Positions 46,642 through 57,526 of a DNA stretch of 64,000 nucleotides are shown piece after piece. Position numbers and translations under genes: made by a program. Position 1 is the stretch's first letter. Each line of letters starts with the position of its first letter. Under the pieces are notes generated by a model, which made no database searches, was not told the DNA's origin, and worked only from the letters and a program-made list of their open reading frames with translations. Origin of the DNA: an uncultured Planctomycetota bacterium (lineage in GTDB: Bacteria > Planctomycetota > Planctomycetia > Isosphaerales > Isosphaeraceae); assembly GCA_963845755.1 (NCBI GenBank), contig CAWJTV010000036.1:1-64000 (forward strand), given 5' to 3'.

Positions 46642-47419
46642 TCATCCCTCCTCTCGTGCGTCTGTCGGTTCCACCGGCTTTTGACGCGACTTCTTGGCCT
46701 GCTCGGCTCGGTAGCTCGGAACGTTCAACTCCACGATCACGCTATGGTGCACCAGCCGGTCGATGGCGGCGGCGGTCGTCATCGGATCCTTGAAGATCGC
46801 CTCCCATCCCGAAAACGGCAGGTTGCTCGTCAGCATCACGCTCCCGCGCTCGTACCGTTCCGCCAGCAGGTTGAAGAGCACCTCCATCTCGTCCCGGCTG
46901 TATTGTACGTATCCAATATCGTCAAGGATCAGCACCTCATATCGGGAAATCTTCTTGAGAAAACCGCGCAGCTTCAGGTTGTGCTTCGCGGCCAACAGAT
47001 CTTGAACCATCAAGCGGCACGTCGCGAACATCACCTTCCGCCCCGAGCGGATCAGTTCCTGCCCGATCGCGCACGCCACGTGGCTCTTGCCACTGCCGGG
47101 ATTCCCGAATATGAGCACATTGTCATTTCGTCCAACAAAATCGCCTTCGAGCAGAGTTCTGACCTGCTGCGCCGCCTTGGACGGCAGTCGCTTCAGGTCC
47201 AGGCTTGACAGGTTCTTTTCCATGAACAGCCTCGATTCTCGCAACAACCGCTCGACCCGGTGGGAACGCCGCGACTCGCACTCGCGCTCCGCCAGATCCA
47301 GGAGGTAACGTTCGTAACTGGTTCGACTCCTGACGGGCTCGTGCCGCCGCCGATTCGTACGCCTGCCGGATCGTCGGCAGGTGGAGCTCGCGAAGGCAGT
47401 CCGTCAGAGACTCATGCAC
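46642..47419 (-). CDS. istB: IS21 helper ATPase IstB, frameshift near 47320
   Basis: LRELHLPTIR; Walker A GNPGSGKSH; Walker B LILDDIGY; LTSNLPFSGW; AAIDRLVHH; SYR. Confidence 0.92.
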
Positions 47420-48914
47420 ATCGATTGGCTTACTGATGGAATATCCTCCCTGGTCTCGAGTAACAGGTCGTACATCGACAAATCCACCGTCGTGACGACC
47501 ACCTCCATCGCGCGAGGCAGGCCCAGGTCGTGACCCAGGTGCTCCGTGACGACGGTCGGGGTGATCGGCATGTTCCCGTCCAAGAGCCGGCCCAGGACGG
47601 CGTTGACCCCGACTTCCGACTCCTTCGCCGCCAACTCCAGGATCCGGAGATAATCCTTGGTGGCGCGGGCCGGGCTTTGTGCCAGCAAGACGTCGTAGGC
47701 TCGGCGAAACCGGCCGGTTGGGAACATCGCGTCCCGGTGCCGATAGGCCGCGAACGCCCCCGGCTTGCGCACCAACCAGTCGATCACGTGCCGATAGTTA
47801 ATCACGTGTTTGTTGTGGCCGCGCTGCCGAGGGACCCTTTCAATCAGCGCCCGCCGTGCCACACCTCCAGGCATTCCGCCATCACATGGACATCGACCTG
47901 TTCACCGATGAGTCGGCTCGGCACCGAGTAGGTGTTGGAGCCAACCCGGATCGTACTCCCCTGGGTGACCCGCACCCGGCGCCGGTGCCAGGCGTCCACC
48001 CGCCGCGAGGGGAGGTCCTTCAGCAACAGTCGTTCCTCGGTGAACCGCGGGATCCGTCCGCTGTTGCGCTGAGCGAAGACCTGGCGAAGGAACAGCTCGT
48101 AGGCTGCTCGGTCGGCGAAATCGCGGCCGCTGCGCAACATCAGGGCCTGATCCATCGCTTGTTTGAACCGGTTATGACTCTGTTCGGCGTCTCCGTTCTG
48201 GTTGGCCTTACCAGCCTGGATGGCTTGAGGTGCCATGCCATAGTGGGCCATCAAGGCGCGGTATCGTTGCTGGAACAAGTCCCGATCGCCGAGGTTGTTG
48301 ACCGCGGCCGTGAGCCGATCGGTGCGATGAGTCTGGGGAACCCCTCCCAGTTCCCAAAGGGCGTTCTGGAGCCCCTGGCTGAGGCTCTCGAAACTTTCGG
48401 AGAAACAGACGGTGCCGGTCTCCCAGTTGGAGTAGGTCAGAACGAAGTGATAGACCAGGTGATCGAACGATTGGCCAGCGAGTGTGACCTGCAAATCGTT
48501 CAGGGAAGTGAAGTCGGAGGCGCCGAACGCGCCGGGCGTGTGGATCTGATCGAAGAAAACCTCCTTGGGTGGACCGTCGGTGGCCCGCCACGCTTTGATC
48601 TTCCGTTGCAAGGTCCGGAGCTGGCCGTCGGGGAACCGGCCCGGGAAGCGATGCTGAAGATCCTCAAACAGGGTCTTGGCTTGGAGCCCCGGGTTGAGCA
48701 CCAGCCGATCGTGGAGTTCCGGCCAGACTTCCTGGAACGGATCCTCCCGGGTCCGCCAGGTCTTGGGAGTCCACGATTCACTGGGCAGGCGATCCGAGTC
48801 TCGGTACTTTTGAGCGGTCTTGGCGTCCATACCCACCTTCCAAGCCGCACGGTAGAGCGGCATTCCCTCGCCGAGAAGCTGGCGAAGCTTGAGAACCTGG
48901 ATGTCCTTGGTCAT
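47404..48914 (-). CDS. istA: IS21 DDE transposase IstA, frameshift near 47860
   Basis: WRTREDPF, LRTLQR, SDFT, LGGVPQTHRTD, NQNGDAE, NTYSVPSRLIG, INYRHVIDWLVRKPGAF. Confidence 0.92.
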
Positions 48915-49961
48915 GGTGGTTGCCTCCTGACCGAGGAGGAAACCACGTAGTGAACAACCAAGCGAGAGGAGGCGGGAATTCTGATTGTCGCTGGGCGGGA
49001 ATTCTAATTGTCGCTAATCAACTACAGGTTTGCTGACAACTTCGCCTCCATGAGCCGTATCCAGTACATCCTGCATTTGTCACTTGCGAAGACCTTAGCC
49101 CACAAGTTGCAGAAGCCCGTTAAGCAGCTCCTCTGCGAACACGGACGCACTCTGCAATTCAACTGGAAAGACGGCGAGGGGAAGGAACGGAACACCTTCT
49201 TCAAAGCCAACTCCGACTGGACCCGGAACCCCACGGCATTTCTAACGGGAAGAGATCAAACCGACCCACTGGAGATGCACGTCCGATTCCGGACAAGGTC
49301 CCGCCTGGACCACCCATGCATCATCTGCGAAACAACGGTCGGGGTGCAGATGCACCACGTCCGTCACATCCGAAAGATGGAGGGCAAACCTGTCGGTGGG
49401 TTTGCCTGGCTGATGCGACTCCAGAACCGGAAGCAAGTGCCCGTCTGCCGAGAGTGCCACCGTAAGATCCACCGAGGAGAATATGATGGCCTCCGACTGG
49501 CGGACCTGGCATACCGGGTTGGACCGTGACACAAATGTAGATCCTGTGTCTGGAGAGCCGGATGCACGAAAACGTGCCTGTCCGGTTCGGGAGGGGGCGG
49601 TTGGATTCCCTTGAGATCAAGGGGCTGGCCGCCTACCTCATCACGAGCTTAGCGGCAAATCGATTCTGATAAAGGCTTTGTACCTGAAGGATCGGCTTCT
49701 CGCGGGAATTATATTAATATTGTCAATAATTGTTAGTAGACTAGGCGGGAAAATAGGGTTCCGATGGAGACCCCGGGAATAAAGCCCAAGGAGCAGGAAA
49801 AGCCCGTGTTTGCAAGTTCAAGCCCGACAGCGATTTGCGCCTATGCTAGTGCCATTCGTCGGGTCGACCGATGCTCCGGACAGTCGCCTTGCGTGCGTCG
49901 GTCTGATCGACTGCGGTGTTGTCGGCCCGGGCGCCGAACGTGACCTGCGCGGCGACGGCGA

Positions 49962-51029
49962 TCAGAAGGTCGGGATGATCCGGGCGCGGCGATACTCGTC
50001 GAACCGCCTCAAGAAGCCCTCCAGCGTATCGGGGTGCCGGGTGAAGCCGGCCCGGCGGATCTTGCCGAGTGCCAGCACGATGTCGTACTCGATCGCGAAC
50101 ATGAACTCGAGGAAGCCCCAGTTCACGAGCGACCCGAGTTCGGGCTGGGCGAGCCCATATTTCGCCGCCATATCCCTCCAGAGCGGAGCCAGCTCCGGCA
50201 TGAAGGAGGACAGCGGTATCGGGCGCGGGCCGCCGGTGGGGACCCCGAAGTAGTCCGCGAACGCGGGCCAGAGGTGTGACCACCGCGTCGGGTCGCCGTT
50301 GGCGACGTTGAAGACCTCGCCCGCCGCCTGCGGCGTCACCGCCGACCAAGCGGACGCCTCGGCGAGCTGCTCGGCGTTGACGACCTGGGTCATGGTGCCG
50401 AAGGCCGCCGCGGAACCCGGGAAATCGAGGCGGAGCCCGGCCGCGCGGACGAGCGACGCGTAGACGGCGACCGACAGAGCCAGGTTCATCGGGTTGCCGG
50501 TGGCGAAGCCGGTCAGGTGGGTCGGGACCAGGTGGGTCCAGCGCCAGGTGGCATCGCGGCGCGACCGCAGGTAGTCCTCCTGGTCGTAGTAGAAGTTCGG
50601 CCCGAGGTGCCGCGGCTCGGTCTCCGCGGCGGGCGCCGCAGACGGGCCGAGGTGGACGCCGTAGTACTTGGCCCCGGTGATGAGTGTGACGTGCTGCAAG
50701 GGGGCGCCGACGGCCTCCAGCCCCTCGACCGCGTTGACCAGCAACTCGCGGTTCGGCCCGACCTCCGCCGCCCAGTTCGCCTGGGGCAGGTAGGCCGCGA
50801 AGAACAGGTGGGTCGCGCCGGCGGCGGGGGCCAGTCGCCGGCGGGCTTCCTCCGAGTCGCGCAGGTCGACGGCGATGGCCTCGTCGACGCCGGGGACGGT
50901 GCCCCCGGACCGCGTGACCCCGAGCACACGCCATCCGCCAAGCCCGGCGAGCTTCGCCGCGATCGCCCGGCCGATGATTCCAGTCGCGCCCACCACCACA
51001 GCGGTGCGCGTCGTCGATTCGTTCGGCAT
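49962..51029 (-). CDS. PRISE-like (progesterone 5-beta-reductase/iridoid synthase-like) SDR oxidoreductase
   Basis: AVVVGATGIIG, ITGAKYYG, PNFYYDQED, NPMNL, FNVANGD, KIRRAGF. Confidence 0.88.
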   Translation of the reverse strand: MPNESTTRTAVVVGATGIIGRAIAAKLAGLGGWRVLGVTRSGGTVPGVDEAIAVDLRDSEEARRRLAPAAGATHLFFAAYLPQANWAAEVGPNRELLVNAVEGLEAVGAPLQHVTLITGAKYYGVHLGPSAAPAAETEPRHLGPNFYYDQEDYLRSRRDATWRWTHLVPTHLTGFATGNPMNLALSVAVYASLVRAAGLRLDFPGSAAAFGTMTQVVNAEQLAEASAWSAVTPQAAGEVFNVANGDPTRWSHLWPAFADYFGVPTGGPRPIPLSSFMPELAPLWRDMAAKYGLAQPELGSLVNWGFLEFMFAIEYDIVLALGKIRRAGFTRHPDTLEGFLRRFDEYRRARIIPTF

Positions 51030-51058
51030 GATTCGTGACCCTCCGCTGACGGCGCCGG

Positions 51059-51163
51059 TCACCCTGGCGATACGACCGAGACCCTGGCCTCGGCGATCCC
51101 CTCGCCGACGCCCCTGGACGCCCCGGTCACCACCTCCACCTTGCCCGCAAGTCGGTCGGACAT
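51059..51163 (-). pseudogene. N-terminal stub of a classical SDR gene
   Basis: MSDRLAGKVEVVTGASRGVGEGIAEARVSVVSPG-stop, with RBS AAGGAGG; only the Rossmann start survives. Confidence 0.65.
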
Positions 51164-51186
51164 GTCGGTCTGCCTCCTTGAGTTTT

Positions 51187-51204
51187 CTGTACCGTGCGGT
51201 ACAG
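51187..51204. promoter_or_regulatory. Palindromic TetR-type operator
   Basis: Perfect inverted repeat CTGTACCG-TG-CGGTACAG in the divergent intergenic region between the SDR genes and tetR. Confidence 0.75.
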
Positions 51205-51261
51205 TGAAAGTGTACGGGGCCCGTCAAGGGCCAGCAAGACAATTCTCGATGGGAGGTCGGC

Positions 51262-51848
<587 letters not shown>

Positions 51849-52177
51849 CCGCTCGCGGCCCTCCGTCCAAGACGACTCGGCCCCGCGGAGAGCTTCCATG
51901 AGGGCTGGGGGCCGTTCGGGTGGCAGATTCGCGAGTCGTTACCAATGGCACTCGGATCAGGACTGGAGGGCGGGAGGGCGGGACTTTCGGCAGATTCTTC
52001 TCGAAAGGCAGTCCTGCTGGCCATACCATTAAGGACGGCCCTCAGGTGGTCCAATCCCAGGGGCGCACTTCAAGTGGACGGCGCCCTGGTGTTGGCCTTC
52101 TGACAAGGGGGCCTGGCACAGATTCGTCAGGAAGTCAGCGTAATTCGTTCAGATCAGACAGCTCCGCACCGATCGAT

Positions 52178-52209
52178 TCACCCCGGGGCGCGGAGCGCCC
52201 CCGGGGTGA
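52178..52209. terminator. GC-rich hairpin downstream of the large repeat gene
   Basis: TCACCCCGGGGCGC-GGA-GCGCCCCCGGGGTGA; no clear U-tract. Confidence 0.45.
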
Positions 52210-52223
52210 GAGTCGATGCGGAG

Positions 52224-55200
52224 CTAGTTGATTTGAGTACCGTTGTCCTTCACCACCACACCGGTGACACTCGCAAGCGCATTGGTGGATACAATCCACG
52301 AAACGCGGCCGACGGCCGTCGAGATGTTGACAGGGCTGCTGGTGTCGGCGAACTTGAAGTTGATCGCCGCCGGAGCCAGCCCGGTGATCGAGCCCCAGTT
52401 CGCGCCGGCCGAGGCGAACGTGCTCAGCGTCGCGAACCTCGCCGTTGCGTCGGCCGAGTCGTTGATGTTGAGCGTCGTGAAGTTGGGCGGGTTCTGGATG
52501 TTCAGGGCGCCGAGGATGCCCTGCACGCTGCCGGCGTTGCCCACGTTGACCGTGTCATGCCCGCCGAACGAGCTCAGGTTGGTCGTCACGCCGGTGGCGA
52601 GCACGTTGACCGTGTCGTTGCCCGAGCCGGTCAGGATGGACAGGCTCGTGGTGTCGGCGTACTTGAAGTTGATTGCGGCCGGAGCCAGGCCGGTGATCGA
52701 GCCCCAGTTCGCACCGCCGGAGACGACCGTGCTCAGGGTCGCGGTCCGCGCCACGGTGTTCGACCGAGTCGTTGACGTTGATCGTGTCGAAGCTAGGCGG
52801 GTTCTGGATGGTCACGGCGCCCCGGATATCCTGCAGGTTGCCGAAGTTGCCCACGTTGATAATGTCACGACCTCCGCTGGTGCTCAGGTTGGTCGCGACG
52901 CCGGTCTGGAACACGAAGACCGTGTCGTTGCCCGAGCCGGTCGTGAGGTTCACGCCGCTGGTGCCGGAGTAACTGTACTCGATCAGCGCCGGAGCCAGCC
53001 CGCCGATCGCGCCCAGGTTCGGGCCGTTGTTGCTCAGCCCCACGCCCCGCCCCGTCGCGTCGGCCGAGTCGTTGACGTTGACCGTGTCGGTGCTGTGCAG
53101 GTTCTGGATGATCAGGGTGCCGGTGATGCCCTGCACACTGCCGGCGTTGCCCACATTGACCGTGTCGTGCCCGCCGCTGGTGCTCAGGTTGGTCGTCCTG
53201 CCGGTGGCGAGGACGTTGACCGTGTCGGCGCCCGAGCCGGTCGTGACGTTCACGTTACTGGTGTCGGCGTACTTGTAGACGATCGACGCCGGGGCCAGCC
53301 CGATGATCGAGCCCCAGTCGAATCCGCCCGAGTTAAACGTGCTCAAGGTCGCGGTCCGCGCCACGGTGTCGGTCGAGTCGTCGACGTGGACCGAAGTGAA
53401 GCCGCCCGGGTTCTGGATGGTCAGGGCGCCGAGGATGCCCTGCGCGCTGCCGGCGTTACCCACGTTGACCGTGTCGTTGCCGCCGAGAGTGCTCAGGTTG
53501 GTCACTACTCCCGTGGCGCGTACGTTGACCGTGTCGTCGGCGAAGCCGGTCGTGAGATTCACGCCGCTGGTGTCGGCATATTTATATTTGATCGCCGCGG
53601 GAGCCAGACCGGTGATCGAGCCGAAGTTCGCCCCGCCCGAGACGAACGTGCTCAAAGTCACGTTCCGAGCCACGCCGTCCTCCGAGTCGTCGATATTGAT
53701 CGTGTCGAAGCTGGGCGGGTTCTGGATCGTCAGTGCCCCGAGGATACCCTGCACACTTCCGGCGTTGCCCACGTTCACCGTGTCGCCGCCGAGGTTGGAG
53801 CTCAGGCTGGTCGGCACGCCGGTGGCGAGCACATTGATCGTGGTGCCGTTGGCCAGGCCCGTCGTGATGTTCACGCCGCTGGTGTCGATGTACTTGTAGT
53901 CGATCGCCGCAGGTGCCAGCCCGGTGATTGAGCCCCAGTTCGCGCCGCCCGAGGTGAACGTGTTCAGCACGACAGTCCGCGCCGTCGCATCGACCGCGTC
54001 GTTGACGTTGATCGTGTCCGTGCTGGGCGGATTCTGGATGGTCAGGACACCGAGGATGCCTTGAAGACTGCCGGCATTGCCGACGTTGACCGTGTCGTGC
54101 CCGCCACTGGTGCTCAGGTTGGTCGCGACGCCGGTGGCGAGCACGTTGACCGTGTCGTTCCCCACGCCGGTCCTGACGTTCAAGCTGCTGATGTCGAAGT
54201 TGCTGAAGTCGATCGTCGCCGGCGCCAGCCCGGTGATCACGCTCCAGTTCTGGATGCCCGAGTCGGAGGTGTTCAAGGTCACGGTCCGCGCCACGGTATC
54301 GGCCGAGTCGTCGACGTTGAGCGTGGTGAAGCTAGGCGGGTTCTGGACGCTCAAGGCACCGCGGATGTTCTGCATGGTGCCGTTGCCGACGTTGACCGTG
54401 TCGCGCCCGCCGCTACTGCTCAAGCTGGTCGCCACGCCGGTGGCGAGGACGTTGACCGTGTCGGCAGCCGAGCCGGTCGTGAGGTTCACGCCGCTGGTGC
54501 CGACGAACTTGTAGTCGATCTCCGCCGCCAGCCCGGTGATCGAGCCGAAGTTGGCACCGCCCGAGACGAACGTGTTCAAGACCACGGTCCGCGCCACGGT
54601 GTCCGCCGAGTCGTTGACGTTGATCGTGTCGGAGCCGTGCGGGTTCTGGACGCTCAGAGGCATGAGGATGCCTCGCTGGCTGCCGGCGTTGCCCACGTTG
54701 ACCGTGTCGTTGCCGCCCCCGGAACTCAGGCCGGTCACCGCGTCGATGGCGAGCACGTTGACCGTATCGGCGGCCCTGCCGGTCGTGATGTTCGCGGCGA
54801 TGGTGTCGGCGTCCTTGTAGTTGATCGCGGCCGGGGCCAGCCCGGTGATCGAGTCCCAGTTGAAGCCGTCTACGACGAACGTGCTCAGACTCACGGTCCG
54901 CGCCACGGTGTCGGCCGAGTCGTTGACGTTGACCGTGTTGACGAAGGGCGGGTTCTGGACGCTCAGGGCGCCGAGGATGCCCTGCACGCTGCCGGCGTTG
55001 CCCACGTTGACCGTGTCGTGTCCCCCGAGGCTGCTCAAATTGGTCGCGACGCCGGTAGCGCGGCACGTTGACCGTGTCGGCGGCCGAGCCGGTCGTGACG
55101 TTCACGCTGCTGATGTCGGCGTACTTGTAATTGATCGCGGCCGGAGCCAGCCCGGTGATCGTGCCGAAGTTGGCCCCGCCTGAGACGAACGTGCTCAAGG

Positions 55201-56269
55201 TCGTGGTCCGCGCCACGGTGTCGGCCGAGTCGTTGACATTGAGCGTCGTGAAGCTGGGGGTGTTCTGGATGGTCAGGGCGCCAAGGATGCCCTGCACGCT
55301 GCCGGCGTTGCCCACGTTGACCGTGTCGTGGCCTAACTGGGAGTTCAAGGTGGTCGCCACGCCGGTAGCCCGCACGTTGACCACGTCGTCGCCCGCGCTG
55401 GTGATGAGGCTCACGCCGCTGGTGCCGGCGTACTTGTAATTGATCGCGGCCGGAGCCAGCCCGGTGATCGTGCCCCAGTTGGCCCCGCCCGAGACGAACG
55501 TGCTCAGCGTCATGGTTCGCGCCGTCGTGTCGGCCGAGTCGTTGATGTTGATCGTGTCGGCGCCGTGCGGATTCTGGATGCTCAGGGTGCCGAAGAGGGA
55601 CTGCACGCTGCCTCCGTTGCCCAGGTTGAGCGTGTCGTGACCGCCGCTCGTGCTGATGCTGGTCGGCACACCGGTGCCGAACACGCCGACCGTGTCGTTG
55701 CCCGAGCCGGTCGTGACGTTCACGCCGCTGGTGTCGGCGTACTTGTAATTGATCGCGGCCGGAGCCAGCCCGGTAATCGTGCCCCAGTTGGCCCCGCCCG
55801 AGACGAACGTGCTCAGACCGACGGTCCGCGCGACAGTGTCGGCCGAGTCGTTGATGTTGAGCGTCGTGAAGCTGGGCGGGTTCTGGACGGTCACGGCGCC
55901 GAGAATCCCCTGCACGCTGCCGGCGTTGCCCACGTTGACCGTGTCGAAGGCCGAGCCGTCGCCGAGGCTGTTGACCGTGATGGCAATGTGGGCCGAGGTG
56001 TCCAGGATGTTGATCGTGTTGCCTCCACTTCCCGTGTTGACCACGAACGGCGAAGTCGGGTTGACGAAAGTCGTCGTGACGTTGTTAACCGTCTCTCGGA
56101 CAACCGGAACTCCGGAGGAGAAGGACTCGGAGATCGTGTACGTGGAGAGGAGCGTCCGCCCCTCGAGGTCCTCCAACTGAAGCCGGAGTTTACGGCTCGG
56201 TCCCCGAGCTCTTGTGACGGCGCGAAGAGAACGGTCGTCCTGCCGATTCGATCGATTCCAGAATCTCAT
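52224..56269 (-). CDS. Large secreted/surface repeat protein (~1350 aa) with LEPR-XLL-type N-terminus and ~12 tandem ~103-aa repeats; frameshifts near 55060 and 52765
   Basis: LQLEDLEGRTLLS, then repeated DTVNVGNAGSVQGILGALTIQNPPSFTTLNINDSADTVARTxTLSTFVSGGANWGSITGLAPAAINYKYADTSGVNxTTGSGNDTVNVLATGVxTNLSTSGGH. Confidence 0.88.
52300..55960 (-). repeat. Intragenic tandem repeat, unit ~309 bp, about 12 copies
   Basis: GTTGCCCACGTTGACCGTGTCG and variants recur at roughly 300-310 bp spacing. Confidence 0.88.
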
Positions 56270-56620
56270 TGCAGTATCCTCTCGAAGTAAGTGACCTGAT
56301 ACGCAGTCTCTCCACGGTTGACACCGAGGCAGAGGCCGACCCAACGGGACATGGGACCCAAAGCGGACCCGGGGTGGATGCTCGCCGGGCCGAGCTCAAT
56401 GCTGACGACGGTACACGCCACGGCGCGGACGCTTCCCGGAGCGCCCGGTCGGAGCGACCGGGAGTCTGGAGAGCCTGCCTCGCTCGGCGTCCGACCTGGC
56501 CGAACTGGTCGGTACGCGGCGCGTGATGGCGATTGGGAATCGCCGAGCCCTGCCCTGAGGGATGCTCGGGATCAGGGCCTCTCGAACGGACCGAAAACCC
56601 GCCCTACGAAGCCCTAACTC

Positions 56621-56662
56621 GAAGGGGACTGGCTCCGAGTCATCGAGATGCCTGTCTCCTTC
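56621..56662. repeat. Short imperfect palindrome (REP/MITE-like)
   Basis: GAAGGGGACTGGC-TCCGAGTCATCGAGAT-GCCTGTCTCCTTC. Confidence 0.5.
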
Positions 56663-57526
56663 TTGTCAGGGCCTGTTAGAGGTTCTGGAAAGACCTGTTG
56701 AGAAACTGGAAGGCTTTGCAACCACCGGGGTCTTGCCAGACTCTCAAGGGTACGACTGACACCGATGAATCGGTGAGGACCATCCGTCCCAGGATCGGGA
56801 GACTGTCTGGAAACACCTCGGTCGCCTCGTCCTGCATGGCGTCCGACAAATGCCGAATCTTGCGAGGGAGACACTTCCGACTCTCCGTGATTAGGGCACG
56901 ACGATCCTCGGGTTCAGCGAACACGCCTGGGACTCCGGGCCCTCACGCCCGGCGATGGCCCGCCGTGCTCGTCAGGTCTCTATGCGACGCGGGATTACGA
57001 AACACGTCACAGAACGCTGAGCGTCTTGATATTTCTGAGGAGGGCCCGTGAGTCGCGAGGGGAGCTGATGGCGAATTCGGGGTAGCCCACCAGCCGCACC
57101 CCTGCTCGAGCAAGGACCGCACCAGCACGCGAGGAACTCGGCCTGGATCATTCAAACGGGTGTGCGGCTCGTGCGGCTTTACATCAACGGACAAATCTGG
57201 GACATTCACTCGTTGCTTGCCTCGGTGGTTGACGTCCGCCTGCGACGTAACTGTGCCCCCCCAACAGGAACACACTCGGTGGCTGAATCGCGGCTGTGGA
57301 GATCAAGCGAGGAATGATCCATGACGGGACCGATGACATCGGCCCGGCCATGGTCGAAGACAAGACAAGTGTGCCGCACCCATACACAGCGGTCCGCCTC
57401 TCCTCCGCGGTCCATCAGGCGGGATTATATGTCGAGTTCAACCGCCTGCAAGAAAGCCTCAGCTTGGTGTTCGTGGCCGGGGTCGTGTAACGGAACCTTG
57501 TCTTTCCTAACCTCCAGGAGACTCTC

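Larger units (their letters stand above)
46510..49020 (-). mobile_element. IS21-family insertion sequence
   Basis: Terminal inverted repeats TGATTAGCGACAATTAGA...TCTAATTGTCGCTAATCA with internal repeated CGACAAT(T/C)AGAATTCCC motifs; 7-bp direct repeat ACTACAG at 46503-46509 and 49021-49027; istA-istB pair. Confidence 0.96.
45173..49529 (+). pseudogene. ltrA: Intron-encoded reverse transcriptase/maturase/HNH endonuclease, split by IS21
   Basis: YIPKANGKMRPLGI, SHGFRPGRG, GTPQGSVASPILANIYLHELD, YIRYADD; distal part has HHVRH...CRECHRKIH. Removing the IS plus one TSD restores LLNYYRFADNF in frame. Confidence 0.92.
44687..49641 (+). mobile_element. Group IIA intron (mitochondrial-like class), carrying an IS21 insertion in domain IV
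   Basis: Domain I closing stem CCGTGG(44691)/CCACGG(45064); EBS1 CCATTC(44966-71) pairs with IBS1 GAATGG(44681-86); EBS2 TCGATC(44911-16) pairs with IBS2 GATCGA(44674-79); domain V GAGAGCCGGATGCACGAAAACGTGCCTGTCCGGTTCGGGAGG; 3' end ACCTCAT with the A seven bases from the end. Confidence 0.92.

Noticed and set aside
43900..49641. Diversity-generating retroelement (FGE/CLec target next to an RT)
   Set aside because: The RT has maturase and HNH domains and sits inside a full group II intron RNA; I found no template repeat or avd-like gene in the window.
44600..49790. Host gene interrupted by the intron
   Set aside because: Joining the exons gives only short frames with no recognisable motifs; the site appears intergenic.
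52300..55960. CRISPR array or non-coding tandem repeat
   Set aside because: The unit is ~309 bp, codon-preserving and translates to a protein repeat; there are no unique spacers or cas genes.
56325..56385. c-di-GMP-I riboswitch-like GGGAC.CAAAGC motif near the adhesin start
   Set aside because: It is on the wrong strand for the adhesin leader and lacks the rest of the consensus.
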